From Podarcis muralis (Eukaryota), in NCBI RefSeq assembly GCF_964188315.1, contig NC_135665.1, positions 38,750,001-38,814,000 on the forward strand: 64,000 bases of DNA, read 5' to 3'. The position numbers were made by a program, and so were the translations under genes. The notes below the pieces were generated by a model, which ran no database searches, was not told where the DNA came from, and saw only the letters and a list, made by a program, of their open reading frames with translations. Below are positions 36,301 through 51,300 of this stretch, piece after piece; position 1 is the first letter of the stretch; every line of letters starts with the position of its first letter.

Positions 36301-39300
36301 GACATTTAGAGTGAACATCTTTCAAAAGATGCTGTTGCTTCTGGAACTGGTTTCCAGCATTCACACTCAAACAGCTACACAGGGGGAAAGGAAGAAGAAA
36401 CTTAACGACTGAGGTTTTATGGGTTCATTTACATAAGAATTGATCCTAAAATGTCTCTTCTTGGCCTCAGTCCTTTCAGAAAGGACTGAAATATAAACCG
36501 AAAGAAATAAGCAAGGCACTGGGGTAACATGCTTCTCCACCCACAGTGCCAAATTGTGTCTTCTGCCTGTCTAGTTATTCTACCCTGTTCAGATTAAAGT
36601 TTAAAGTACCATAAAGTTACAGGTGAAAAGAAGAGTTTTGATTGCATTACAAAGAAGCTGAATCTGTATTACTTACAGTGCTCTTGTCTTTCAGAAGTTT
36701 CTCTATCACTTCAATTAACAGTTCTTTTTGCTCAGGATCAAGGCTAAAAAGTGAACAAAAAGAATTCAGATTCTCTCATTTTAAGAGTGGAATTATGAAT
36801 TTCACCAAGGGTTATTCAAGCTACTTCTTAATGAATGGGCTAGAAGTCCTGCACGCCATCCTTTCAACCCTGCCCATGGAAATAAAATATTTAAAGTTTT
36901 ATTAAGAATATTCTGTCAAGATGTAGGCTTCATTTCTTTGTTTTGCTCAACAGACTATGTTTTAACGGTGTTTGGTGCTGTACTAGGTTGTTTCATGGAT
37001 CTTCTATTTACGGTTGTGAACCGCTTTAAGGATTTTTTGATGGAAAGCAGTCTAAAAATTATTTTAAATACAACAAAAATGTATGCAAAATGAAATCAAA
37101 CAATTAATGGCAGGAGTTAATCTGACTAATGAAATAACTTTGATAAGTGCTGCAAATATACAGCACTGACTGGTCTTCACTATGTTAATTCAGAACCTTT
37201 AGTCAAAGTTGTCTTGCTCATTTTATGCCCATTAGCAGGAAGCAGTTATCAAAAGCTGTAGCTAAACTTCATTATAACACACTCTACTGAGCACTAAATA
37301 CCTATCTTCCATATTTATGGCTAGAGAACATACCTGTAAAGCTTTTGGATTGCATGGGCGGCATTTTTTCTAACGTAGGGTGATAAATCAGCTGATGCTT
37401 CTTTGATAGCAAGCATCATAATCGGAACAATAATTGGCACTCTGATGCTGGATAGAACTCTCAAAGCACTTGCACGGATTAACTGATTAGGATCCTAAAA
37501 TAAAAATAAAATACCAATAGTCATTAGATAAATTCAAGCATATGCTCTTTTGTACTGGAGACTATTTTTAAAATGTCATTTTAAGTTCTTAGTTATAATT
37601 CAACGCTTAGTCAAAATAGTCTCCAGTACAAAAGAGTGCCTTCCATTTATTGCTACTATTGTAAACAATAATTCTGCAGGCAAGTCACCATTGTCTATTT
37701 TCCAAATGAAAACACCAAGATTAAGAGAATCATTTGCCCAGGCCAAAGTAGTCCATAGAAAGGGAAAACTGCAAGAGATATATCAGATGTTATACTGTAT
37801 TGCAACAATGCTACTTTGTCAACCCAAGGAGATACCTCATAATTAAATTTAAAATCTTGATTTTGCTTTATGGTGATAGTTAAATTGCTTGTTACTGTAC
37901 TTAAAGGATCTAGGAGATATCGTAACATTTTGTCCCTCTCTTTAGATTCCCTTGCTGTTTGCACAGGACTGATATACACAGTTCAAGCCTGTACAGTACT
38001 CAAGTCTACATGTAAGAAATATTTCTTCATACTCTTAACACCACCGAAGTTGTTAAAAGCACCTGAGCTCACCCCACAATCCAAACCCAAATTATGGGGA
38101 AAACTGCTCTAAAGCCTGAGACAGCCATGTCTGTAGCAGCCAAGGTTTACATTTCCCTTTTCTCATCTGGGCATGAAGCCCTTTTCAAGAAAGGCCTGTT
38201 ACCAAGCAATGAAGGCAGGATCTTTATAAAATGTGGATGCAAATCTGGTATGCTTTTAGACAGTATTCTGATAAAATAAAGAGAAGCGACAGCCAAAGTA
38301 GCGTAAAACATCAAAATTAAGGATTGCTTAGCTTGAATGTCAATACCAAGCATGACTTAAAAATGTTCAGGCACTGACGGCATAATTTCTAAGCTGCCCC
38401 CAAATCAGAACAGAATCAGTCAAACATGTGCTACCGATCCTACCTTTTTAAACCTAAAACATCTCACTGCAGTAGCAAGATCTCATTTCCACATCCCCAT
38501 GGTTCTGAGCCCATTATTGGGAAAGGCATGTAAATGACACATCAGAGTTGAAGAACTTCATCTCTGCTACATAAACTGATTATCTTTTAAATTAGGAATG
38601 AGGGAAAGCAGTCTTTACAAAATTCACAAACTTTCTGCTTGTGTGTGACTAACATGACTAAACAAATGCATACTTCATATGCAAAACCAGAATATTTTCT
38701 AAGCAAAGCTGATCCCCCAATTGGAGTCTCTGTTTAATAACAGTAGCCGTACCAAGTAGGCCAGCATCATCACCATAAGGTTCTAGGACATGTTAAATAT
38801 TCCTCTACTTATCCTTAGCTAGTTAGTTCTAGCTTTCCCCAATAAAAATTATGTGTACCTTTGTAATGACAGACAACTTCCCAGGAAAACACTGCTAACT
38901 AGAAATTTACTCACTTTCAGAGCACGCTGAAAGGTGCTAATTGATAGCAATGCCAGGTCCTGCTGCTCTTCTGCATAGCGCATCAGGTATACGTATACAA
39001 GTTTTTTAATCTGAAAAACAAATTAGTTCATAATAGTAAAAAACAAACTTTATTATGGTAGCAGACCAGCATAAGATACAAACATGCAAATAAAATAAAG
39101 CACATAAGACTTAAAGAGGAGAGGGATAAAAGTTAATAGTTAAAAGTGGTTATAAACTTAAAGCAGATAGACACAAAAGACAAGCGGTTGAAAGGAACAA
39201 TAAGGGAAGGAACGTGAAGCAGCACAGGTCTTGCATTCTGTTGTTGTAGTTGTTGAGGTTCATGATAGTCAAATCAGAATCATTTAATATAGTTCAGAAT

Positions 39301-42300
39301 ATACACTCTAACAGATGTCCAGGAAGAATTTTGCCTTCCAAACTTATTTTATGCAATGTGTATTTCTGAAGGGGCACAGTCATGAAGAATGGTCATTGTA
39401 TTTTCCCTAGGACAACAGATTCACAGATTAAAGGCTTCCAAGCTCTAGTTTCATGAGTATTACAAATTAGTCAGTTTGATCTTGCTTAGGCTTAAAAAAA
39501 TTATGCTTTAGTTAAGTTCTAAACGAAGTCTGTGTATGTTTAACTAAGCACAGAAAAAATTGTTCTGAGTTACATATTGACCATAAAGGTTTATATTGGA
39601 GACTCTGAAAACCCCTTAACTACAGCTGTGCTATAATTATTATCACTATATGAAGAAATATTTTTCTGCCCATTCTGCCAAAAAGCAAGATAATGAATCA
39701 CAGAAGGTTAGGAGCCACTAAATTATTTGTTGTTCTACTATGAAGAAGCAGCAATCAACATTGACAACAAGAGGCCTTTGTAGTGAATGACTGCAGGTGT
39801 GCAGAGAAAGCCTACTTTCCTTGAAACCACTCTGAGACTAGAGGCAGGAGGACTTTGATTTCGTGCCTAGACCATTCTTTTATCATTTACCTTCATTCAA
39901 TGTTACAGCACTCCTCCCTTTAAAACTAATAATAACAGTGCCATATTAGAGCTGAGGAACAGAGGCAGATCTGTTTAATTAGTTTATCAATACAAGTATA
40001 TCAAACTTCATGAGTTATTGACTAAACCTTTGATTATTTCTGTTCTACACCACCAATTGCTTTCTAGGTCACTTTTCTGCATCTTTTGACATGACACATA
40101 TAACAAGACTAGGGCAGAATGTTCTTATCAAAATGAATTTTACTAGAACAACAAAACGTTTTTCACTAGTTTTGAGGGCAAAAATTCCTTCCCACCCATG
40201 TCACATGCCCTCTGTATGATTCCAGTTTCTTAAGGGAATTCTAAGCTGGAACACCACCCACAGAAGAGAACGAATGAACAAGCATGACCCATGCCCTGGT
40301 TCTATGTTGGCAGAGTACACAGCATCATTGGCAAGTATCCAAAAGGTCACTTGGCAAGCCTCAAGTTACAACCAGCTCCCCTCCCAGCAGTCAAAATGCC
40401 ATTCAGAATGCACTGAAACAGTGCAGTTTTTGCCCACAGAAAGGTTGTTTTATTTCTATTGCTACAGCACTGTAAAGAAATGAAACATGCAGAAACTTGA
40501 GGCCTGCTATAAAATATAAGTATTCTAACATTATGCAGTCTTTTGCTAGTTGTTGTAGAAAAGCACCAGAGGTTAATTTTATTTTGTTCAACGTTCTTGG
40601 ATCCAATGGTACATGTCCAGCATCTGTCCAGCACACTGTTCACTTAACAAGTATTTCACCACTTTACTATGAACCAAACAAATTCTGAATACAGTACATG
40701 ATTTTCTCTATTTCAGCATACAGTTAAATCTACAAGTATTTTTAACAGTGAACTCTCATAAAAAAAACACTTTCATGGGTAGAATTGAAAACATTTACAT
40801 TATAAAAGAATAAAATTGCAAGGGTATAAGCTTTGTTATCATACCTCAATATTTTTACTCGCTACATTCTTCACTACGGAAGGAAACAATTCAGATGCAT
40901 TCTTCCCTCTGGCAATCATCTTGGAACACAAAAGAAAACATTTATTATAGAATCATAGAATTGGAAGGGACCCAAGGGTTATCTAGTCCAACCCCCTGAA
41001 ATGCATAAATAATTATATTATAACAATTATATTTCTGCAATGCAGAAAAATTATAGCACACTATTTTCAAATAAAGTCCATGATTATGCTATCATGGACT
41101 TAAATTAAGTTACTATATTTCACTTCTAAAATTCTTCAGAGCATCTTCATCTTTAAATGAAGTTAAATGTGTCCTTTAAAATATCAAAAGTTGTCTACTA
41201 GATAGCCATGCAACTATTATTATTTTTTTACAATCTGAAAAGTGTATGAAAGATTTACAAAACACAAGCAGTTTTGGTATTTATTGGGCAAGAAAGTAAC
41301 AAACACAAAAGGAAGGCAAATCAGAACACTCTTGGCATTTCTATTCAACTTTATTAGTCATCCTCTGCCTCTCTGCCAGGATATCCTGTGAATTTTTGCT
41401 CTGATACATACCTAGCTAAATTAAGATAGAAACTTAGGACAATCCTAAGAATGCTTACTCAGAAAATCCACTGATTTCAGAATTACTTCTAGGTAAACGT
41501 TTACCGGATTGCAGCCTAACTTCACCATTTCCAGAATTAATGCTTTCCCCACTAACAGGTCTCAGATAATTTGGCTGAGCAGTTTAATACTACAACATAT
41601 GAAAAAAGTTTCAGGCATATTTATAAACACACACAATTTGTTGTGATGGTATATTTGGAATATCACTAGCTTTAATATATATCATAGAAATTCACATGTA
41701 TCTTGCATTATTTAACTGACCAACCATAATAGCTGCAGTGTAGCATGTAAATATGTATTTAGGATCTTTTTAAAGTGTATTTTGTCTCATTAAGTCATAA
41801 TGATCAGTGTAAATCCTCCTTTGTTCATGGCTCATTAACCCAAGAGAACATAATGGGTCTTTCAAAGACCAAGATATCATTTCAGTTTAGCAGCTTTAAA
41901 TAGCCTGAATGTTAAAAGCTTTGGTATTGCATATTATATAGAATGAGAGGTTAAGAGTTTGCGATCAGGAAAGTTTCTTTGCTAACCTGTTGCAGTTCAC
42001 AACACAGTAAAATGCTGGCTATCATAACCAGTGCTTTACAAATTACCCTTTACAACAGGAATGCAACTGCTCAGCCTAGCTGTAATAGTGTGAGTGTAGA
42101 ATCTATGCTGGAGTCTGAAGCTTTAGCTCCGTCATACTACAAATCTGGGTACTATTCTCTCACTATAACATTAAGCAATCTCTCCATTGGCTTATTTACA
42201 ACATAAACTCACAGTTCATTATCTACTTTCAGGGTATGACAGGGTGGACTGATTTAAATCAATGAGATTTCAACCAGATACACACCCTTAAAAGGGAAAG

Positions 42301-45300
42301 ATTTGAATTATTGGTTTAAATCAAGTTTTCTATTTTGAAACTTATGGTAATTCCTAAAGAAGCATAGAGTAGTTAATCAGCTCCCTGTACCACTTAAAGC
42401 AATCACAATCCAGAACCAGATTACTATGGCCAGGAGGTCCCATGCACCTGTAAACTGGCAGAAGAAACAAAGTGCCTAGTTGCCAAGCAGATTTACATGT
42501 CCCAATTACAGAACCAAAATGCTGTTAGTATTGTGGACTTTAAAATCTACTCCGTTCCAAGGATATATGTTGTATTTAATCTTAGTAAATACAAACGGAA
42601 GTTCCTCACTGGTGAGGGTGGTGCATACTCATGTCATTTATTTCTGGGGCTGATAGTTCCAAATCATGCCTTACCGTGCTCAAGTCTGTCAGAGGTAACT
42701 TTGGTTTGTGAGGAATTGGGTGTACTAGTGGGCTGCATCATACTTTGATCAGGTAGAATACTACCTACACATTTTTCCGTCTTGGTAAGCCAATTGGCAA
42801 GAGCCTTCTTTGTATCATTTTTTAAAGAGAGAGAGAGAGAGACAAGAATCCACAGGATCTGCAGACCCAATTTAAAATTCCTCCTCTTTGCCACAGGCTC
42901 ATTGGGTACATTACTTTGCTGCACTGTCAATCAAAGGGTTAGTCAGCTAGCCATGACCCACAGCAGAAAAAAAACTACAGTCCAGTAGCAATTTAAAGGC
43001 TAGCAAATGTCTTACTGGATAAGCATTCATGGATTAGCAAGAATGATGGACTTGAGCCCCCAAAAGGTTATGCCTTAATAAATGTGTTAGTCTTGAAGGG
43101 GCTAGTGCAGTTCTTTTTGCTGCTTTACTCAAATTGCACTGTGGTCTACTTCTTAAGTTTTTTGACAGAACAAAATAATATAAAACCCTTTGACAAACTA
43201 AAAATGCTATTGCAAAAAGGAGATTGGTACCAGGGATGTTTCAGTTAAGAACTCCATGTGTAACAGCGCATATGCAGTATGGGAGCATGGATTGCACCCT
43301 GCCAGCACTACCCACACAGGCAATCCTGTCACAGCAAATAGCCGCATATTGGATTTGTGGACAACCTGCATGAAACTTTCATTGTTTGTAGCCCTGAATA
43401 TCTTGGTTACATGCGAGAGGCTTTTCTCTTTAAGTTTTTTTCATGATTTCAAATCTCTCTCCCCTCCCCCCTTGTTCAAAATTAGGGGTAGGCAGGCAGG
43501 GCAGTCTTTTTATTATTGTTGGTGTTTAACAGCATTCTGTTTAGATCTGTCTTTCCTCCAAAGATCTCAAGGTAGTATTCATGGATCTCCTTTTCTCCAT
43601 GTTATCCCCGCAATAGCCTTGAGGGTAGGTTAGACTGACTGGCCCAAGGTCACAGAGTGCATTTCATGAATGAGTTTTACCTTTGTCTCCCAGATGCTAG
43701 TCCACTTAATATCCCATCATTTTATTCCACATTCTTAAAAAATGGTGTAGAAGTGAATAAGCAAAGAGGGAAACAATCTTTTCCCAGAGGTCTGGAAGTT
43801 TATGGGGGCCCTTGTTAACAGTCCAGTGGTACTTCTGAGTAATGTACAGTTATTGTAACATGAACCCACACTATGACGGGGGAACCCCTGCAATGATTAG
43901 CACTTAAATAAACTGAAAAGTGTTTTACCTAGGTTCAGAAGGGATTCCTAGTCATAGTTGTGTATTTTTCTGCCTCCACATCAGTGTTAGAATTCTATCA
44001 GTTATATTTTATCTTTACAATCTGAATGAATTTCAAGAACCAAAATGCTTTTTCTGTGCAGCCTCAGCAGGAGCAGTCACCATAAAAAAAGAAGAGGTAG
44101 GAATAGGCCAATATATATGTGGATTGTCTCTGGATCAAATGACTTTTCTTCTTTAATTTCTCAAAGTTCTTAACCTAACTCAAGGTTGTCATCTGAACTA
44201 GCCAGGTGTTTAACTGATAATCAATCACAGTCAGTCCATCACATAAAAAAGAGACTTTAGAGCTGTCTTACCCAAAAACAACAACTAGATATTCTGTTTT
44301 GGTGACTGTAAACTTGGTTTAAGGAGCCATTTGGCGCCTAGCATATATGAGTTTCGAACACTGTTCCATGTGTTTTGATTCTCTCCCTATCCTCTTCTTC
44401 CGTAGAGAAACAGTGAGCACTTGATCCCAGGGTCCCCTCAGCTAGGTCCACCTGCCATAGAATACTTTGGACTTCTGAGAGGAGTTTGATATAGCAGAAG
44501 GGGTGGTGGAAGAGGTGGTGGTAATGTTTTGTTGCACATCACCTTGGATATACTCAAGTAGCTTTTAGATTCCAGATTGTGAACTAGATCCATGCTAGCC
44601 TGTCCTTAGTAACCAGAAAAGTGGGGGAGGGGAGAGATTTCAAATAACCACTGAAATGGAAACATTCAAACATATTATGTCCATATCCAAGGTGCTGAAG
44701 CTACAAGCGTCTAGCTCTCAAAATAATATAGTCTGTTGTGTGTATATATGCTATTACTAAGGTGCACAAAACACATGTTCATTGTTTTCCTGAATAAAAG
44801 GTAAAGGTACCCCTGCCCGTACGGGCCAGTCGTGACCGACTCTAGGGTTGCGCGCTCATCTCGCTCAAGAGGCCGGGAGCCGGCGCCATCCGAAGACACT
44901 TCCAGGTCACGTGGCCAGCGTGACGAAGCTGCAACTGGTGAGCCAGCACCAGTGCCGCACACGGAAACGCCGTTTACCTTCCCGCTATAAAGCGGTACCT
45001 ATTTATCTACTTGCACTTAGGGGTGCTTTCGAACTGCTAGGTGGGCAGGAGCTGGGACTGAAGGAAGGGAGCTCACCCCGCCGCGGGGATTCGAACCGCC
45101 GACGTTACGATCAGCAAGTCCTAGGCACTGAGGTTTTACCCACAGCGCCACTCGCGTCCCTTTCCTGAATAAATTAATGCTAATAAGGACAAAAAATACA
45201 TAGTAAAGCCAATAGCTTTTTTTTTATAAAAAAAAACTAGTTTCAGACTAACTCTGAGAAACTTAAATTTGTGTGTGCGTGCACGTGTGTATTCAATGCA

Positions 45301-48300
45301 TGAAGAAATACAACTTTCAGAGCTGCCAACATTATATGCACATTAAAATCTAGCATACCCCAACAATCCTTTTCATAGCATCCAGCTTAGCAGAATCTTT
45401 GCTGCTTTCCAACATTTGCTTCAAATCTTCATTTCTATAAAAGGAAGAGAAATAATGAGTTGTCATTTGTATCACAACCTACTAATGAGGATACAAAAAA
45501 GTGTTCCAACATGCCCCAGAACTTCAAATTTTGCAACAATGCTGCTAATTGTTTTTTAAAGAGGGAGGATGCTGGAAATTAAAATGTTGCATAAATATAT
45601 CCATCAGGGTGGGGAGGGGACTGAGAAGGCATAAATAAAAATAACGTGTTCTGAAGGCTGAGGATGATCAATTTAAGTAGCAGTATGGGAGGAACATTTT
45701 GTTTGGGGTGTCAAGCTATTGGAATCATTTCATAGAAAATCTCATACTAACAATCAAACACTTTATGAATTGTAATTGCTACTGATTTTACCAAATGTGG
45801 CAATGAAAGTTTGGCTTTAAAATACACACAAGAATATACTGGTGGTGGAGACCTAACTCCAAGTCAGCACGTTTCAAGACACGGACTGGCTTAATTTTTA
45901 CAATGTTTCCAAAGAAAATGCGAAAGAAAGAACAATGAATTGTCTCAATGTGGCAACTGTGGGTAATTTTTTTCTTCTTCATCTAGGTACACACTGGGAT
46001 AGCTGAAATTCATAAGAAATAGTATGTGGGAAGCCTTCTCTCTTTTTAGTAACATAAAATAAGTTGAAAATACCCTTTAATGCGAGTCTATGTAACATTT
46101 AGACAATCATTGTTGCACTCACACATTAACAGAAAAAAAGAGATACTACTGGGGAGGGAAGAAGGTGACAGGAAGAGGTTTTTTAAAACTGCCAATCCCT
46201 TCTTCACTGAGGAAACAATGCCATATCCCTCTCTAAAGGCATATAGTAGTACATTTATTTAGGCCGGAATCCAAAGACTTAGTTTAGGCTGAAATCTTAT
46301 ACACTTTCTGGCCTGAGTAGATGTGTACATAATTCTTCTCTTAGAGACAAAACACTTGCATGAGTTTGTTTAAAAACAAAACAAAACTTCCCTCATCCCC
46401 TAATTTCCTTAACATTCTGTGAAGTGTCTCACTTTTAAATGAAGTTTACCATGTGGGACTGCTATATGAAAAGCTCAAATATATTTCCTGCAACTTGTTC
46501 AGGGTGTCAGATATTTTAGGATTCTGGCTACACACACTTAGGAGGCCAGTTTGCTATTACATTTATGATTGAGCTGATTTCGCCTCTGCGTATCATCATC
46601 AATGAGATAAGTACGAAAAATGCAGGAATTATCACTTCATTAAAAATTGTGGCATTTTCTATGTTATCCTTAAAAAGCATTAAAAAAAATTCTGTAAGAG
46701 ATTTAGAACAACAGAACATGAATTGCTACTTCAAACAAACTCTCGCCTAAAAATAAAGGAATTAATTTAGCTTGTACTAAACAGCACTTCAGTGCTGATC
46801 TAAGCCTCTTGGCGACGTGCTCAATTAAATAAGAAGGAGTTATTTTTTAGTGCACAATAACAATACATTGTTACGGCTCAGATAGTTAAAATATAACATT
46901 CACAGTATAATATTGATTATTAGTCATTCTGCACTGTATGAAAAGTAGATCACAAAAGACAGGTGAGCAACAGCAAGTTTACCAATACTTACAAAACAAG
47001 GTTTTCCTCACATGGCTCAAAAGTACTAGTAATCCCACTCTCTTCTATACTAGGATCTGGTTTTAAGGTAACTTCTAGGGATGCTGCTTTTTCAAGAATA
47101 AATCTAATATTGCAACTAGAACTACTCATTTTAGCCAACGAAGAGTCTTGCTCCACTTCTTCTAACTCAGGAAAAAGAATTAAGTGCACTGGTAACCAGA
47201 CCTTATCAGGATCAAGATTGCAGTGTGGTTTGAAAAAACCTATGAGGTAACAGGATACCCACTCCCTTCACTTGAAGAAAATGCCTACTGTATAAAAGGT
47301 CATTTCCTTTTACAGAAATACATCTTACCAGCCAACTTCAACAAACAATCTTATTATATTGCCTGCTTGCTTTAGCTTAACAAGAATTATGGAACATACC
47401 AGGAATTTTATATAGCTGTAAAAATGAAATCACATGCAACAGATCCCTCATAATGTCTATGCTGAATTCTAAAAATCAATGCAAAATTATATGATTTTGG
47501 CCTTGTTTCCGAAGCCTCTTTATAAATATTACCTTTCTGACAAAGGGCCAAACTAAACGAAAATTAGATTTCAGGTTCTCTTCATAGTTGAAGACCTAAT
47601 TTACACTGGATTGGAAGCCAACATCCTTCTAGACCTTGGGTAGGCAAACTAAGGCCCAGGGGCAGGATGTGGGCCAATTGCCTTCTAAATCTGGCCCGCG
47701 GATCAGCGTGTTTTTACATGAGTAGAATGTGTCCTTTTATTTAAAACACATCTCTCGGTTATTCGTGGGGCATAGGAATTTGTTCATTATTATTATTTTT
47801 CAAAATATAGTCTGGCCCCCCACAAGGTCTGAGGGACAGTGGACTGGCCCTCTGCTGAAAAAGTTTGCTGACCCCTGTTCTAGACCGTCTAGAGCAGCCT
47901 TTCTCAACCTGTGGGTCCCCAGATGTTGTTGAACTACAACTCCCATCACCCCTAGCTAGCAAGGCCAGAGCCTAGCTAGCAAGGCCAAGTCAGCACAGAA
48001 ACAATTACCGTATTTTTCGCACCATAGGACGCACTTTTTCCCTCCTAAAAAGCAAGGGAAAATGTGTGTGCGTCCTATGGAGCGAATGCAGGGGGGAGGC
48101 AGGCGGGAAAAGCCCTCAAGAGCCGCACACAAGCTTCGTACGCTCTTGCGGGCTTTTCTCCAGGAGGGAGAAGGGACTGACTGGCCGCATCAGTCCCTTC
48201 TCCCTCCTGGGGGAAAAGCCCCCAAGAGCGGCGCCCTCTTTAAAGGCTGTGCGGTTCCTGCAGGCTTTTCTACGAGGTGGGGGAATCCCCCCACCTCCCA

Positions 48301-51300
48301 GAAAAGCCAGGAGAAGCCACGCAGCCCCTTTAAAGAGTGCGCGGCTTCTGCGGGAGGTGGGGGAAGCTGCAGCAGATTCCCTCCTCCCGGGCTCCCTTTG
48401 AAGAGGCAATGTGGGAGGGGAGCAGCTTACACTCGTGTAAGCAGCTCCTCTCCCACTTTCCTCCTTCAAAGCAACTACGGAGGAGGGAAGGAAGGGGACC
48501 ATGCATCCTCTGCTGGCAAATGCAGCAGATTCCCTCCTCCGTGATTGCTTTGAAGCAGGAAAGTGGGAGGGGAGCAGCTTACACTTGTGTAAGCAGCTCC
48601 TCTCCTACTTTCCTGCTTCAAAGCAATCATGGAGGAGGGAAGGAAAGGGACCATGAACCCTCCACTGCTTGCGGCTGCAGCGGATTCCCTCCTCCTGGGC
48701 TCCCTTTGAAGCAGCAAAATGGGAGGGGAGCAGCTTACACTCATGTAAGCAGCTCCTCTCCCACTTTCCTGCTTCAAAGTGGAGGGAATCCACTGCAGTT
48801 GCGAGCAGAGGATCCATGGCTCCGCTTCCTTCCCTCGAAGCAGGGTGCGGGGGTGCAGGGGGAAAGACGGCAGGAAATAGATGCCGGGCAGGAAGACACA
48901 ACCACACTTTGACCACTGAAAGTCCACCCCAGCCTCCCCAGATTTCCACTGAGACGGCCAGGCTAATCTCAATGGCCATAAGTCAGGCTCAGCATTATTA
49001 ACTGGACTTAGATAAGCCATGGTTCCCCTTCCTACCCTCCTCTGAGGCTCGATTTAAAGCAGCAAAGCAGACAGGAGCCACCCGCTTTGCTGCTTTAAAT
49101 AGTTTAGTGCAACATTTGATTCAGAATATTTTTTCCGTATTTTCCTCCTCTAAAAACTAGGTGCGCCCTATGGTCAGGTGCGCCCTATGGAGCGAAAAAT
49201 ACGGTAATTTCAATGAACATTGAACTATTTTCTAAATGTTAGGCATGTCAAAAGAATGTCACAACCAGCACAGGGACTCTTCACTAACAGACCTGGAGAA
49301 TCACAGTGTTATTTACATCTTTTACACTTACTGCACTACCACACCCCAAATAAGGTCTGACATTTTATTTATGCAATAAAAATAGCATTCTGCCAAAGTC
49401 TTGATAGCTTGCAGCAATGCTACACAGATTAAACAAAGCAAGATTCTAAACTTCTAAAATATAATTAATGCCATCCCTCACCCTTGGGATATGCCCCAGT
49501 GTGTACATTTTCAAAACATATTCACAATGTGTATAAAATATTTCAAGCTTCAAAGCACACTTTCTGCCATCACTTTATACCACAGCTGTTTGAGTGACAT
49601 CTTGTGGCATGATTCCGACATTACCATATTCAGCACTAACAAATTCATTTTATTTATATATTTTATTGGCTTTTTATCCCACCTTTCTAAAATATACAGA
49701 TGGCAACCTATAAATGTTAGAATAGTAAAACAGAGCCCTAAGAACAAAACCAGCAGCAGTAACCATTGTAAACTGCTGCTCATCCTTAAACATTCTAAAC
49801 ATCCTTCAGAAATACAAATTTAGAGAGACATGCCTTTTTAGGGAGGCCCTTCAGAATTCTTAGTGCCACAGCGGATGAGGCCCCATCTATGATACCCACT
49901 TGCCACCTGTGATGAACCAGAGATACCTGGAGAAAGGCCTCTAAAGTGCAACAGAGCTCCTGGAGAAGGAGAGTAACTCTGGTTCCAGATTATATAAGAC
50001 TTTAAAAATAAAAAAAACATTGCTTCAAACTGGACCTGGAAGCAAATTTTAGCAAGAGAAACAGATAAAAGTTTTTTGTGAGATAAGATGTGCCATGTAG
50101 GCAACCATATTCTGAATCAACTGAATTTTCCAAATTGGCACCAAGGGCAGCCCATTATATAAAACATATTATAGTAATTTAACCCTGAAGTGACTAGAGA
50201 TCTGGCTGTCCCAGGAAAAGATACAGCTAGTATATAAGACACAGCTGGAAAAAGGCATTCTTGGCCACTAGCACCACCTGGGCATCAATCTCAGGAACTG
50301 CTGCAGCCTTATCCAATATAGGATGCCCACTCCAAGATTACCAGAACCCCTAAGAAACAGTACTTCCAATTTGTCTGGATTCAGCTTTTTAAAAGATGCT
50401 TTATTTGGACAACTACCTCTTCATAGATCATTGCCTTGTGGTGGCGAAGAACTTGAATAACTCAGAGAAGCTATGAGCTATGCCATGCAGGGTCACCCAA
50501 GATGGGCAGGTCATAGTGGAGAGTTTTGACCAAACGTGATCCACCTGGACCAGGAACCGGCAAGCCACTCAAGTATACCTGCCAAGAAAACTCCATGGAC
50601 AAAGTCAACAGGAAGATGAGCCCCTCAGGTCAGAAGGCGTCCAACATGCTACTGAGGAAGAGAAGAGGACAAGTACAATGAGATTCAGAGCTGATGAAGT
50701 GGCTGGGCCAAAGCCGAAAGGTCGCTCAGTTGCGGATATGCCTGGAAGCGAAAGGAAAGTCCAATGCTGTAAAGAAAAATATTGCATAGGAACCTGGAAT
50801 GTAAGAACCATGAACCTTGGTAAGCTGGATGTGGTCAAAAATGAGATGGCAAGAATAAATATTGACATCCTGGGCATCAGTGAACTAAAATGGACGGGAA
50901 TGGGCGAATTCAGTTCGGATTAGCATCATATCTACTACTGTGGGCAAGAGTCCCGTAAAAAAATTGGAGTGGCTCTCATAGTCAACAAAAAAGTGGCGAA
51001 AGCAGTATTGGGATGCAATCTCAAAAACGATAGAATGATCTCAATACGAGTCCAAGGCAGACCTTTTAACATCACAGTAATCCAAGTTTATGCACCAACT
51101 ACTGGTGCTGAATAAACTGAAACTGACCAATTCTATGAAGACTTACAACACCTTCTAGAAATGACACCAAAGAAGGATGTTCTTCTCATTATAGGGGATT
51201 GGAATGCTAAAGTAGGGAGTCAAGAGATAAAGCTGAGACTCCAATACTTTGGCCACCTCATGAGAAGAGAAGACTCCGTGGAAAAGACCCTGATGTTGGG

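Noticed and set aside
48369-48835. Repeat array superficially CRISPR-like
   Set aside because: Eukaryotic intron, no unique spacers, no cas genes; it is a tandem unit inside a MITE.
48062-49020. Several overlapping 110-190 aa ORFs
   Set aside because: Both-strand ORFs from a GC-rich MITE minisatellite; no transposase motifs.
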